From positions 6,648-70,647 of the forward strand of contig JAQTRU010000001.1 of the NCBI GenBank assembly GCA_028711655.1: a DNA stretch of 64,000 nucleotides, in the 5' to 3' direction. Below, in pieces: positions 1-10,731 of the stretch; within the stretch, counting starts at the first letter, position 1; every line of letters starts with the position of its first letter. A program made the position numbers and the translations under genes. Origin of the DNA: Patescibacteria group bacterium. Its GTDB lineage: Bacteria; Patescibacteriota; Patescibacteriia; Patescibacteriales; JAQTRU01. A model generated the notes under the pieces. The model had not been told where the DNA came from and did not search any database. It saw only the letters and a list, made by a program, of their open reading frames with translations.

Positions 1-139
1 CTAAGCTCTAAATCCTAAACAAATTCTAAATTCAAATTATCAAAATTCAAAACTTCATATTTTGATAGCTGTTTGGGATATTTGGATTTTGGTAATTTGG
101 TATTGTTTAGGATTTAGAGTTTCGGATTTCGGATTTATA

Positions 140-2131
140 CTAAGGGCATTCGCTCCCCGCTGTTGGCGCGCCGGCGCAACAGGAAGGATTGCCGGCGCAG
201 CCCGGCCCCGAGCTCGGCTTAAAACAATTCTGATTTATGTCTTTTACCCCGGAACCGACTTGCGCCCGATACCTAGTTGAATCATTAAAGGTGGAGTGCC
301 TTATTTCCACCCTTGTCCCGTCCGGGTCGCCATCATCATTATTATCTATATTATTTTTCGCTATCCAATATCCCGGCAATTCCGGATCCGGTTCAGGAGG
401 AGAGAGGGTGGATTTTGCAGAAATTAGATTAATCAACTTATGTTCAATATCGTCTCTGCCATTATTTATTATTATACTGCCCGTTCTCAAGCTGGAAGAC
501 ATCATCGCTTTGTTAAAATCTATTAAAATCGGCTTGGCCAAATGAGCGCCGGTAGCCCCCTGACTAAGGAGCCGCTCTTCTCCGAACGAATTTTCCTGGG
601 AAGTGGCGGTAATTTCCGGCGGGCTTAAATCAACTATCTCACTAATGGAAAAAAGCCATTGATAATTATCGCCGGCAAGGGGATTGGGGCTGTTTTCATT
701 ATAAAAACTGGCTGGGCCGTCAGCATCTCCGTCTCGATTGCCATCCAGGGAATTGAAAGCCATGTCAGCCACCCCGGCCAGGGGAAGCAGGGATAGGGGA
801 TAATTCTTCCCCTCCCCATCCTGACAATGGCTGTTAGCGCATGTATTGTAAGGGCTGCGGCTGGCGCAATTATCAGCTCCGCAATCAGCCAAAACCGCCG
901 CTTTTATTTCTACTTTTATCTGGCTGTCTCCGGGCAGGCAGTAAATTTTTTCTCCGCAGCCGTTAACTCCGCATTGAATATCGCTTATAAACTCTATGGT
1001 TTTGTATTGATTGGAAATATTAAATTTCCCTTTAAGGCAGGTATCGGCTCCGCAGGAAAAATACCCATCGTTAGCCGGATTGCAATCAACTCCGCCTACG
1101 CATTTTACCGCTATCTGGCCGCTTACCTCTTCCGCGTTGCCGGAAACGGTTAAGGGGTTGATGGCTTCGTTAAAATTTATCTGAATAACAGAGTTTCTCG
1201 GCTTAGTACTGCCCGGCTTGGGCAAAATTCCCCCTTTATCCGCCGCTCTTACTTGCGGTGGGGTTAAATCAAGTTTTTCGCTCACTTTAAACTGCCACTC
1301 CAAATAGTCTCGGCTGCAAGAACTAAAAACATTGCCCCCGTCCGACTTTTTTATGTCATTGCTTAAATAAACCGTATACCAAACGCTTTCCGAAGGAGAA
1401 CCAAGATAAGCTTTCGGGGAAAAAACAAAAACCTTGTTGTCCTTTGTAATAACATTAATTCCGGTAATAATGCTGTTTGGATCGCTAGTTTTGAATAATT
1501 TGACATGGTTGTCCGAAGGGACGCTTTCTTTTTTAATCTCATCGCCGGCATCGCAAAAAACTCCGTTATTATTGGTGTCATCACAAATGGTTTTGGGGTC
1601 AATTTCTTCCCTGAAACTTACTATAATGGAAGTGTTTCTTGGCACCTCCTGCTGGCTGGGTTCAGGATAAACGCTTTCTACCGAGCAGGAGCCCAAAACG
1701 CCGATGCCGCCGCCAGCGCCCCCGCTCGGGCCGCCGCCAGCGCCCCCGCTCGGGCCGCCAAAAGTCGCTCCCATCAATCTGTTTAAAACAAAACTGGCAA
1801 TGGCAAAAGAGGACAAAATAATTACCAAACCGATAATAGCGTTTTTCAAAATATTCTTGGCTTTGGCAATTTTTTCTTCGTTGCCTTCGGAAACCATCCA
1901 CATCCAGCCGGCGTACATAATCAAACAAACCGCTATAATTCCCAAGAATCCCAAAGCCGCTTGAATAACCCGGGCGATTATAATGCGCGGGTCATCTCCG
2001 CTTAACCCGATTTGCTCTCCGTATTCCATTCCTAAATCGGCCTGGGCGTAAACAAAATCAGCTATCACAAAACTAGCTATAGCTAAAAACATTACTATAA
2101 TTATTAAATTTTTTTTGGATTTAAACACCAT
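140..2131 (-). CDS. Pilin-like N-terminal membrane domain fused to Ig-like, Cys-rich extracellular domains (CPR surface protein)
   Basis: Signal peptide, then a VirB2/TrbC-like segment (IIARVIQAALGFLGIIAV...YAGWMWM...AKNILKNAIIGLVII), a Gly-rich linker, two P-x-N-x-x-I-x-x-x-F Ig-like starts and many paired Cys. Confidence 0.7.
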   Translation of the reverse strand: MVFKSKKNLIIIVMFLAIASFVIADFVYAQADLGMEYGEQIGLSGDDPRIIIARVIQAALGFLGIIAVCLIMYAGWMWMVSEGNEEKIAKAKNILKNAIIGLVIILSSFAIASFVLNRLMGATFGGPSGGAGGGPSGGAGGGIGVLGSCSVESVYPEPSQQEVPRNTSIIVSFREEIDPKTICDDTNNNGVFCDAGDEIKKESVPSDNHVKLFKTSDPNSIITGINVITKDNKVFVFSPKAYLGSPSESVWYTVYLSNDIKKSDGGNVFSSCSRDYLEWQFKVSEKLDLTPPQVRAADKGGILPKPGSTKPRNSVIQINFNEAINPLTVSGNAEEVSGQIAVKCVGGVDCNPANDGYFSCGADTCLKGKFNISNQYKTIEFISDIQCGVNGCGEKIYCLPGDSQIKVEIKAAVLADCGADNCASRSPYNTCANSHCQDGEGKNYPLSLLPLAGVADMAFNSLDGNRDGDADGPASFYNENSPNPLAGDNYQWLFSISEIVDLSPPEITATSQENSFGEERLLSQGATGAHLAKPILIDFNKAMMSSSLRTGSIIINNGRDDIEHKLINLISAKSTLSPPEPDPELPGYWIAKNNIDNNDDGDPDGTRVEIRHSTFNDSTRYRAQVGSGVKDINQNCFKPSSGPGCAGNPSCCAGAPTAGSECP

Positions 2132-2529
2132 TTTGTAAAATTTCTAATTTCTCCCGCCACTTTATTATATTCATGGCGGACGGGATCCTCCGCCTCTGGC
2201 GGGGTGATAATTCACCCCGGTAGTAAAAACCTTGTTTCACTGCGGGGCAGACCTAATTTCTAAAAAATGTCTAATTCCTGAATTTCTAATGTCAAAAATG
2301 TTTCTAATTTGGAAATTAGACATTTGGACATTTGAATTTTTACCTGCCCGCTAGCCTACGGCAGCTAGGTAGGCGGGTTAGAAATTAGAAATTGGGTCAA
2401 TTAGGAATTTTTTATATTATCTTGTTATTTTATTATTTTATTATTTTATTATTTCCGCCGCGTTGACTATTCCCCTCTTTTGTTATTTAATACTATTATA
2501 ACATAAATAAAAGCCAGAGGGCAAACAAA

Positions 2530-3986
2530 ATGACAATTGAACAAATAGTAAAAAAAATTAAAGAAAATAATCCCAAAGCGGATACGGACATGCTGAAACT
2601 GGCATATGATTTTGCCATGAAGGCCCATGGCGAACAAAAAAGGAAGACGGGGGAACCATATATCCAGCACTGCCTGCATACAGCCTTTGTTTTGGCGCAA
2701 ATTAAGGCGGATTTAAATACAGTCATCGCCGGCATCCTCCATGATATTCCCGAGGATACCGATTATACTCTGGAGGATATAAAAAACAATTTCGGAGAAG
2801 AAACCGCTTATTTGGTTGAGGGAATCACCAAATTAAGCAAAATAAAATATCGCGGCATTGAAAGATACCGGGAAAGTTTAAGAAAAATGTTCCTATCCAT
2901 GGCAAGCGACTTAAGGATTATTATAATTAAATTTGCTGACCGTCTCCACAACTTAAGGACCTTGGAAGGGCTGCCGCCGGAAAAACGCCTGCGTATCGCC
3001 AAGGAAACCCTGGAAATTTACGCTCCCATTGCCGGACTTCTGGGAATCTGGAGTTTGAAATGGCAGATGGAAGACATTTGTTTTAAGCATCTTTACCCGG
3101 AAGAATATAAAAAAATAGAGTATAAATACGAAGTGGAAAAGAAGGTTGAACATACCCAATATATCCAAAGGATAAAAAATATTTTAAAGAAAAATTTTGA
3201 AGAAGCCGGCATTAAATATAAAATAGAAAGCCGATTTAAACACCTTTACAGTATTTACCAAAAAATGCAGAAAAAAGACAGGCAATTTAATGAAATTTAT
3301 GATGTTTTCGCCCTCCGGGTTATTGTGCCAAACGTTAATGATTGTTATAAAGTCTTGGGAATCATCCATACTCTTTGGAAGCCAAAAGCCAACCGCTTTA
3401 AGGATTATATCGCCTCGCCAAAACCTAATGGCTACAAAAGCCTGCACACCACCGTCTTTGGTCTGGAAGAAAAAGCCATTGAATTTCAAATCAGAACCAA
3501 AGAAATGAATGACGAAGCCCTTTACGGTCTCGCCGCCCATTGGTATTACAAACAAAAAAGGGGCGGCAAAGAGGAAAACCGCTTTATTGGTTCAGAGAAA
3601 TCTTAGATATCCAGCGGGAAGCTGAGGATACGAATGACTTCGTAAAAAAAATAAAATTTGACATCTTCGGCAACAGAATTTTCGTTTTTTCTCCCAAGGG
3701 CGATGTTTTTGAACTTCCGGAAGGATCTACGCCGATTGATTACGCTTACGCTGTCCACACCGAAATCGGCAATAAGGCAACCAGGGCCCTGGTTAACGAT
3801 AAAATAGCCGATTTGGATAAAGAATTAAAAAGCGGGGATCTGGTGGAAATTATCATAGATAAAAACCGCCCGGGACCAAACCGGGCCTGGCTAAAATTTG
3901 TTAAAACCGCCAACGCCCGCAACCGGATAAAACATTATTCCAAGACACCCATGGAAAACTTTAAAAATTTTTTTCCAAAATTTTAG
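2530..3986 (+). CDS. relA: RelA/SpoT family (p)ppGpp synthetase/hydrolase with TGS domain, split by a -1 frameshift near 3555-3580
   Basis: HD (ILHD), KFADRLHN, RFKHLYSIY, DYIASPKPNGYKSLHT, EFQIRT in 2530-3606; TGS domain (IFVFSPKGDVFELPEGSTPIDYAYAVHT) in overlapping frame 3540-3986. Confidence 0.9.
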
Positions 3987-3993
3987 AATGACA

Positions 3994-4030
3994 AAAACCC
4001 CGCCCTTCACGAAGGGCGGGGTTTTATTTT
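3994..4030. terminator. Bidirectional intrinsic terminator
   Basis: aaaaaccccgcccttc-ac-gaagggcggggttttattt between convergent genes. Confidence 0.75.
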
Positions 4031-4037
4031 ATACGAA

Positions 4038-4508
4038 TTATTTTTTGCTTTCAGCTAAAACTTTTTTAACCGCTTCGCTCGCTTTATTGCCATCGGCTTG
4101 GCCTTTAACCCTGGCCATAACCTGCCCCATAATTTTCCCAAAATCATTTTCGCTCGCTTCCTCCAAAGAATTTATGGTTTCTTTGACAATTTTCTCCAAT
4201 TCTTCATCGCTTATCTGGGGCGGCATGTATAATTCCAATATTTCTTCTTCCTTTTTTTCCTTGTCGGCTAAGTCTTGCCGGCCGCCGGCTTTATAGGCCT
4301 CAACTGAATCTTTGCGTTTTTTTATTTCGGATTTTACAACTTCGATAATCTGTTCATCAGCCAATTTTATTTCTTCGCCCTTGCGCAGGGATATTTCTTT
4401 GTTCCGAATAGCGCTAATAAGCATACGCAAAACGGAAACGGCTATCTCGTTTTTTTCCTGCATGGCCATTTTCAGGTCTCCGTTAATTTTTTCCGATAAA
4501 TTTGGCAT
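4038..4508 (-). CDS. GatB/YqeY domain protein
   Basis: LRMLISAIRNKEI...EIKKRKDSVEAYKAGGRQDLADKE...DFGKIMGQVM. Confidence 0.9.
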   Translation of the reverse strand: MPNLSEKINGDLKMAMQEKNEIAVSVLRMLISAIRNKEISLRKGEEIKLADEQIIEVVKSEIKKRKDSVEAYKAGGRQDLADKEKKEEEILELYMPPQISDEELEKIVKETINSLEEASENDFGKIMGQVMARVKGQADGNKASEAVKKVLAESKK

Positions 4509-4528
4509 AAAAATCACGCTTAGATAAA

Positions 4529-4768
4529 CTATCGCTTTCTCTTGAAATTATCCTCAACCAGTTTTCCTGTTTTTCTCAAATATTCTTTTTCTTTCCTTAA
4601 GCGCAAACTCGTCAAAGCATACTCTTTCTGTTGCCTTTTGTTCTTCTTCGGTTCCCGATGTTGCTTCTGGCGAGCCACATAAAGCCTTCCGCTCTGTTTC
4701 AGGGCCTTATTGAATCTTCTTAAAAAACCCTCAAAACTTTCACCCTTTTTCCTTTTGAATTCAGCCAC
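4529..4768 (-). CDS. rpsU: 30S ribosomal protein S21
   Basis: GTG start with GGAGG SD; KRKKGESFEGFLRRF motif; upstream of yqeY as in many bacteria. Confidence 0.85.
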   Translation of the reverse strand: MAEFKRKKGESFEGFLRRFNKALKQSGRLYVARQKQHREPKKNKRQQKEYALTSLRLRKEKEYLRKTGKLVEDNFKRKR

Positions 4769-4891
4769 CTTACACCTCCGTTCTAGCCCCGCCTTCAAGA
4801 AGGGCGGGATTAATATATTTAATATTATTATAGCGCTTGCGCCTTCCCGCTGTTTCAATTAGCTTCTAAAAAGAAGCGCAAGCAATGATTA

Positions 4892-6259
4892 TTATTTTTC
4901 TTTATTTAAATTCAACTTTTTTTCTATTTCTTCTTTTATTTTTTTCTGGGTGATAACCTCCTGAATCCCGGAATCCATATCCCTGAATAAAATGGTCCCG
5001 TCCATAACTTCTTTCTGCCCCAAAATAAGGCTAAATTTCGCCCCTATCCGATTAGCTTCTTCTAATTGGACTTTTAGGCTGTCCTTGGTGAAAGCTTGCC
5101 GAATTTTAAATCCGGCCCGGCGCAACTCTTCAAATAAAACAAAAGCTTTGCGCTTGGCCTGCTCCCCTAACTGGGCTAAAAATATTAGATCCCCTTCCTC
5201 GCTTTTCAGGGGGATATTTTTTTCCCTTATTCTGGTTATCGTTCTTTCTATCCCCACGGCAAATCCGCAAGCCGGTGTCGGCCGACCGCCCATATATTTT
5301 ACCAGGCCGTCATACCGACCGCCGCCGCCCAAGGCTAGTTTGCTCGGCATCGCCCCGCCTTCTTCAACCGCCCAAATTTCAAATACGGTCCGGTTATAAT
5401 AATCCAACCCCCTTACCAAATAAGGGTTCAGATTGTAATTAATATCCAATTCGTCCAAATATTCCAAAACTTTAATAAAATGCTCCCGGCAACTGTCGCA
5501 TAAATAATCCACTATCTGCGGAGCTTCTTCCCTGGCTTCCAAACATTTTTCTTCTTTGCAATCAAGGAGCCGCAAGGGATTTTTTATTATTCTCTTCTTG
5601 CAATCGCCGCACAATTTAGACCGTCGCCCCCTCTCTTTGTAAAATTCAAGGAGTTTGGCCAAATATTCTTTGCGGCATTCTTCGCACCCAATGCTATTAA
5701 TCTGAATTTGGGCGTTAATCTGCAGTTCGCAGAAAAAATTATAAGCCAGTAGAATTAATAAAACATCAGCTACCGGCGCCTCTTCGCCGAATATTTCCAA
5801 ATTAAATTGAAATGACTGCCGATACCGGCCGGCTTGCGGTTTCTCATGCCTGAAAATAGGACCCAGCCAAAACATCTTAACCGGCTGGGGCAGGTTAAAC
5901 ATGCCATGCTCAATATAAGACCTCACTAAAGAAGGGGTGGCTTCCGGGCGCAAAGAAATTTTTTCTCCGTTTTTGTCAACAAAGGTATACATCTCCTTGG
6001 TGACGATGTCGCTGCTTCTGCCGCTTGATCTTTCATATAATTTTGTGTTTTCCAAAACCGGAGTTTCAATTCTTTTGAAACCATAAGCTCGCGCCAATTC
6101 CGTCGCTTTCTTTGTCACCAAATCCCAGTATCTGTATTCGTCAAACAAAACATCTTTCATTCCTTTTAAGCGGGAAAATGCGAAACCGCCGCTTTTCTCT
6201 TTTTCTTTTACTCTCCTGATTTTTGGCTTTTGATTTTTTGTGTTTTTTCTTCTCAGCAT
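4892..6259 (-). CDS. hisS: Histidyl-tRNA synthetase
   Basis: LRPEAT, FRHEKPQAGRYRQ, LVRGLDYY, GGGRYDGL motifs. Confidence 0.97.
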   Translation of the reverse strand: MLRRKNTKNQKPKIRRVKEKEKSGGFAFSRLKGMKDVLFDEYRYWDLVTKKATELARAYGFKRIETPVLENTKLYERSSGRSSDIVTKEMYTFVDKNGEKISLRPEATPSLVRSYIEHGMFNLPQPVKMFWLGPIFRHEKPQAGRYRQSFQFNLEIFGEEAPVADVLLILLAYNFFCELQINAQIQINSIGCEECRKEYLAKLLEFYKERGRRSKLCGDCKKRIIKNPLRLLDCKEEKCLEAREEAPQIVDYLCDSCREHFIKVLEYLDELDINYNLNPYLVRGLDYYNRTVFEIWAVEEGGAMPSKLALGGGGRYDGLVKYMGGRPTPACGFAVGIERTITRIREKNIPLKSEEGDLIFLAQLGEQAKRKAFVLFEELRRAGFKIRQAFTKDSLKVQLEEANRIGAKFSLILGQKEVMDGTILFRDMDSGIQEVITQKKIKEEIEKKLNLNKEK

Positions 6260-6260
6260 A

Positions 6261-6824
6261 TTAATATTGGTATTCAGGCAATTTAAACAGGCTGATCCGG
6301 CTAAAAGGCCAGCCGCGGAGCAACACCCGCCCGGTTAAAAAACTTCGGTTGACCGGACCGAAACTGCGGGAATCTTTTGAGGAATTGCGATTATCTCCTA
6401 GAACAAAATATTCTTTCTCGCCCAAACTTACTATATCCTCTGATAAGCTATAGGTTTTGGTCCCGCTGGCCAAATACGGTTCGTCCAAAATAAAACTATT
6501 TAAATCGCTATCATTGGCAATATGAACCTGCCCGTCTTTTATCTGAATTTTTTCGCCGGGCAAAGCAACAATTCTTTTTATAAAATACTCCTGCGGATTT
6601 TTCGGATAACGGAAAACTATAATATCTCCCCGGGTAGGTTCTCTGAATCTATAACTAATTTCATCAATAATTAAATATTCATGATCATAAAAATTAGGCT
6701 CCATAGAAGCGCCTTTGACATAAAACGGCTGGACTAAAAAGTACCTGATTGGAATTATAATTACCAAAGATATAACGATGATTTTGACTAATTCAAAGAC
6801 AAAACTAAAAAAACTCCTTAACAT
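6261..6824 (-). CDS. lepB: Signal peptidase I
   Basis: GASMEP, FIKRIVALPG, GDNRNSSKDSR. Confidence 0.95.
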   Translation of the reverse strand: MLRSFFSFVFELVKIIVISLVIIIPIRYFLVQPFYVKGASMEPNFYDHEYLIIDEISYRFREPTRGDIIVFRYPKNPQEYFIKRIVALPGEKIQIKDGQVHIANDSDLNSFILDEPYLASGTKTYSLSEDIVSLGEKEYFVLGDNRNSSKDSRSFGPVNRSFLTGRVLLRGWPFSRISLFKLPEYQY

Positions 6825-6965
6825 TTAATTTAAAAATAATAAAATAATAAAATAATATAAAAATTTAAGAGAAAAATCTATTATATAGATTTCTAGGTTA
6901 TTTTATTTCTATATTATTTTATTATTTTATTTCTACAACAACTATAACACTAAGCGAAAAAAAAA

Positions 6966-8090
6966 TCAAATTTCGGGCCTACGCGGACTATCATAGATAA
7001 ACATCGCGTCTCCATAGCTATAAAACCGGTATTTCCTTTTTATGGCCTCACTATAAGCTTTATCAATATTTTTCTTTCCGGCCAAAGCGCAAACCAGCAT
7101 TAAAAGGGTGGATTTGGGCAGATGAAAATTGGTAATCAGGCCATCAACAATCTTAAATTTATAGCCAGGATAAATGAAAATATCCGTCCAACCGGAATAA
7201 TCGCGTATCGCATAACGCATATCGCATAACGAATTTGAAGTTTGTAATTTATTTGCGATATGCGATTTGCGACTAGCGATATGCGAAAAAATCGTTTCCA
7301 GCGCCCTCGCGCTCGTTGTCCCTACCGCTATCACTCTTCTGCCTTCAGATTTGGCCAAAAAAATTCTAGCGATAGTTTTTTTATCTACTTCCGCCCACTC
7401 CGCATGCATTTTGTGTTTTTTTATATTATTAACCTTAACGGGCGCAAAAGTTCCCAAGCCAACATGAAGAGTCACATATTCTATATGTACGCCTTTTTTC
7501 TCCAATTTCTTTAACAAGGCCGGGGTAAAATGAAAACCGGCGGTCGGGGCGGCTACGGATCCTGTTTTTTTTTCGCTGGCGTAAACCGTCTGATAATTCA
7601 TGTCGTCAGATTTCTGTTTTTTATCTCTTTTTATATAGGGAGGCAGGGGCATCAATCCGATTTTATTTACGATTTTTACAAATTCTTTTTTATTTTTATT
7701 AAATTTTAATTCCCAGGTTCCATTTTGATTATTTTTTATAATTTTAGCTTCCATTTTTTTCTTAAATTCAATTTCTAGACCGACTCTCGCTCCCCGCCCG
7801 CCGATCAAGCATTGCCAAATCGCCGACGAATTTTTTTTCAAAAGAAAAACCTCAATTTTTCCTCCCGTATCTTTTTTCCTTCCAAATAATCTCGCCGGCA
7901 TTACCTTGGAATTATTAAGGACGAGAACATCGCCTGGCCGAAAACAATCAACAATATTATAAAAATGGTCATGTTTTATTTCTCCTGTTTTTTTTGATAA
8001 TAAAAGAAGCCGCGAGCGGTCTCGCGGTTTAACAGGCTTTTGGGCAATTAAATTTTTCGGCAGAAGGTAGTCAAAATCTTTTAACTTCAT
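6966..8090 (-). CDS. queA: S-adenosylmethionine:tRNA ribosyltransferase-isomerase, with in-frame repeat insertion
   Basis: FDYLLP..LIAQ, PLPPYI, YQTVYA, SVAAPTAGFHF, TLHVGLGTF, TNFHLPKSTL, YRFYSYGDAM. Confidence 0.96.
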   Translation of the reverse strand: MKLKDFDYLLPKNLIAQKPVKPRDRSRLLLLSKKTGEIKHDHFYNIVDCFRPGDVLVLNNSKVMPARLFGRKKDTGGKIEVFLLKKNSSAIWQCLIGGRGARVGLEIEFKKKMEAKIIKNNQNGTWELKFNKNKKEFVKIVNKIGLMPLPPYIKRDKKQKSDDMNYQTVYASEKKTGSVAAPTAGFHFTPALLKKLEKKGVHIEYVTLHVGLGTFAPVKVNNIKKHKMHAEWAEVDKKTIARIFLAKSEGRRVIAVGTTSARALETIFSHIASRKSHIANKLQTSNSLCDMRYAIRDYSGWTDIFIYPGYKFKIVDGLITNFHLPKSTLLMLVCALAGKKNIDKAYSEAIKRKYRFYSYGDAMFIYDSPRRPEI

Positions 8091-8091
8091 A

Positions 8092-8634
8092 TCAAATATG
8101 ATGAGCAACTTTACACTTTTCCACTAACTTAATAATAACATCCCTTACTTGATCCGGATTCGGAACCTCATGGAAAAAAAATCTTTCTTTAGCCCCGGCT
8201 GTTTGCACATAAACATTGCCGTATTTTAAAATAGTCGGGAAAAATCCCTTGGTTTCGCTGGTAACGTCCTGAACCCGGTCTAGTCTCTGTTCAGAAATTG
8301 TCCGGGCGAAAAACCCCTGTTGTTCTATATTAATAATTCTCTCGCTGGTTATTATCCAAATATCCAGATAATAATCAATAAAAGAAAAAAAGAAAAACAC
8401 CCAAAGAAATAGATAATAAAAGCTTACTATTAAAAGAAAAATGGGATGGGAAATCTGCCCATAAAGAATGTCCGGATAAATAGAAGTAACTACCAAATAA
8501 AAAAGTACCAAGGGCAGAACTAAGAGCAAAATAAAAAATAAAATTTTTTTTATAAGAATAAAAACATCCCGCCTTAGCACTTTTATAATTTTTTCATCGG
8601 GAAGTTTTCCCGGCAAACGGTAAAGTAAAAGCAT
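8092..8634 (-). CDS. Membrane protein with bacterial PH domain
   Basis: Two TM helices then WIITSERII.IEQ.GFF, RVQDVT, YGNVYVQTAG. Confidence 0.75.
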   Translation of the reverse strand: MLLLYRLPGKLPDEKIIKVLRRDVFILIKKILFFILLLVLPLVLFYLVVTSIYPDILYGQISHPIFLLIVSFYYLFLWVFFFFSFIDYYLDIWIITSERIINIEQQGFFARTISEQRLDRVQDVTSETKGFFPTILKYGNVYVQTAGAKERFFFHEVPNPDQVRDVIIKLVEKCKVAHHI

Positions 8635-8641
8635 AGGCTAC

Positions 8642-8896
8642 TTAAAAAGAAAATTCTAAATCTAGCAAGTCCCCAAAAATAGTAACATTCATTTGCCAAT
8701 CAATTTGGCTCAAATATTTATAAGAAAATAAAAGCATAAGAATGGAAATGGCGATATAAATAAAAATCGTGAAAAAAGTGGTAAAATTTAAAAAGCCGTA
8801 TTTAAACATATGGTAAATCGCGATAAAACTAAATATCAGCCAGCCCAAAAGAAAGATAAGATAAATTATTAAAAAAATGTATAAAGGGAAAGTCAT
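8642..8896 (-). CDS. Small hypothetical membrane protein
   Basis: Two hydrophobic helices; the longer ORF start (8962) is only translated repeat (NFITF x3). Confidence 0.6.
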   Translation of the reverse strand: MTFPLYIFLIIYLIFLLGWLIFSFIAIYHMFKYGFLNFTTFFTIFIYIAISILMLLFSYKYLSQIDWQMNVTIFGDLLDLEFSF

Positions 8897-9023
8897 ACGG
8901 GAGTTAAAAGTTATAAAGTTAAAAGTTATAAAGTTAAAAGTTATAAAGTTACTAATTTTCAAATACTTTATAACTTTATGGACTTTATAAACTTTCCAAC
9001 TAATCTGCTAATTTAATATAACT

Positions 9024-10070
9024 CTAAATTTGTAAACTTACGGGATTATTTTCATCTCTATTCCGTTTTAAGTGCTTATAGCCGATGTCAGTAACGATCC
9101 GACCGCGCGGAGAACGGTCAATAAAACCCAACTGCATTAGATACGGCTCATAAATTTCTTCAATAGTCGCCATCTCCTCGCCGGTGGCCGCGGCAATAGC
9201 GTTTAGGCCTGCCGGCCCGCCGTTAAATTTATCAACTATCGTTTCTATAATTTTCCGGTCAATCCAGTCCAGGCCCAAATCATCAACGTCCAATATTTTA
9301 AAAGCTTCTTCGCAGATTCCATTCTCAACATCCCCGTTTCCTTTGACCTGGCAATAATCGCGGACTCTCTTTAATAACCGGTTGGCAATGCGGGGAGTGC
9401 GGCGAGAACGCCCGGCAATAACCTCCACCGCTTCCGGCTCTACTTTTACCCCCAGGATGTTGGCGCTCCGGCTGATAATTCTATTAATATCTTCCAGGCC
9501 GTAAAAATCAAGACGATAAGTAAGCCCGAAACGGTCGCGCAAAGGCGCGGATAATAAACTTACTTTAGTGGTGGCGCCGATTATGGTAAAACGCGGCAAG
9601 TCAATTCGCAAAGTCCTGGCGGACGGCCCTTTACCGATAATAATATCCAGAGCGTAGTCCTCCATGGCCGGATAAAGAATTTCTTCAATGGTTTTATTTA
9701 AACGGTGAATCTCGTCAATAAATAAAATGTCGCCTTCGCCCAAATTAGTTAAAATGGCAGCCAAATCGCCGCTTTTTTCAATGGCCGGCCCGGAAGTAAT
9801 TCTGATGTTGGCGCCCAACTCATTGGAAATCACATGCGCCAACGTTGTTTTTCCCAATCCGGCCGGGCCATGCAGGAGCACATGCTCAATCGGCTCTCCC
9901 CGGCCTTGCGCCGCGGCCATGGTAATTTTCAAGCTTTCCTTTATTTTATCCTGCCCCACATATTCGCCCAATCTTTTCGGCCGCAAAGTCAAATCCAGGG
10001 CATTATCATTGCCCAGTTCTTCTGGATTTATTATTCTATCATTTAAATTTTTAGTTTGTTTATCTGCCAT
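9024..10070 (-). CDS. ruvB: Holliday junction branch migration helicase RuvB
   Basis: LRPKRLGEYVGQ, GPAGLGKTT, FIDEIHRL, RRTPRIANRLL, EPYL. Confidence 0.97.
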   Translation of the reverse strand: MADKQTKNLNDRIINPEELGNDNALDLTLRPKRLGEYVGQDKIKESLKITMAAAQGRGEPIEHVLLHGPAGLGKTTLAHVISNELGANIRITSGPAIEKSGDLAAILTNLGEGDILFIDEIHRLNKTIEEILYPAMEDYALDIIIGKGPSARTLRIDLPRFTIIGATTKVSLLSAPLRDRFGLTYRLDFYGLEDINRIISRSANILGVKVEPEAVEVIAGRSRRTPRIANRLLKRVRDYCQVKGNGDVENGICEEAFKILDVDDLGLDWIDRKIIETIVDKFNGGPAGLNAIAAATGEEMATIEEIYEPYLMQLGFIDRSPRGRIVTDIGYKHLKRNRDENNPVSLQI

Positions 10071-10073
10071 ATT

Positions 10074-10610
10074 TTATTTTTTAATCCTCGGAGATTTTTT
10101 TGCTTTTTTCACTATCTCCTTAATTAACTTTTCTTTCTTCGCTGTATAAATTTTTCTTGAGTTTTGATATTTTTTAGCTAATTTTTCTTTTAATTCGGAA
10201 TACTTTTCTGCTGCCCTCCTGTCTTCGCAAAGGTAATCTCTAAATAAAATCATATCTTCGATGTAACCACTGCCAACTTTCCCTATATGGAGATAGTGTG
10301 TCCGTTTCTTTTCCGGACCTTTTGTAAAAAATAATCTTTTTTTATTTGTATCGTCTTTCTTTATATTATACCCTATCTTTTTTAAGTTTTCCTCATAGCG
10401 CCCCACTTTGGTGATTGACGGAACAAGTAGAGCAATGTCAATTATTGGTTTGGCCACCATCCCCGGGACAGAAGTACTCCCAACATGTTGAATATCAAGC
10501 GCCTTTCTACTAAAAATCTTTTTTATCTTCTTTTTCTCGCGCTCAAAGCTTTGCGACCATTTTAAATTGTGAATAACTAATCTAACTGTTCCTCGTTTTA
10601 ACCCAATCAT
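10074..10610 (-). CDS. GrpB family protein
   Basis: IQHVGSTSVPGMVAKPIIDI, ILFRDYL, YSELKEKLA. Confidence 0.9.
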   Translation of the reverse strand: MIGLKRGTVRLVIHNLKWSQSFEREKKKIKKIFSRKALDIQHVGSTSVPGMVAKPIIDIALLVPSITKVGRYEENLKKIGYNIKKDDTNKKRLFFTKGPEKKRTHYLHIGKVGSGYIEDMILFRDYLCEDRRAAEKYSELKEKLAKKYQNSRKIYTAKKEKLIKEIVKKAKKSPRIKK

Positions 10611-10731
10611 AGATTTATTATTTTTTACATCTTGCCACGCCTTTTATACTTTAATCTTACCACTTTCTTTAAAATTCACAAATCTGCGTCATTCGCTATA
10701 TTCGCATAAATTCGCATCTATTAGCGTTATC

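Noticed and set aside
3553-3560. dnaX-type A_AAA_AAG programmed frameshift in relA
   Set aside because: The heptamer is present but out of phase (CAA AAA AGG), so it is not a canonical slippery site.
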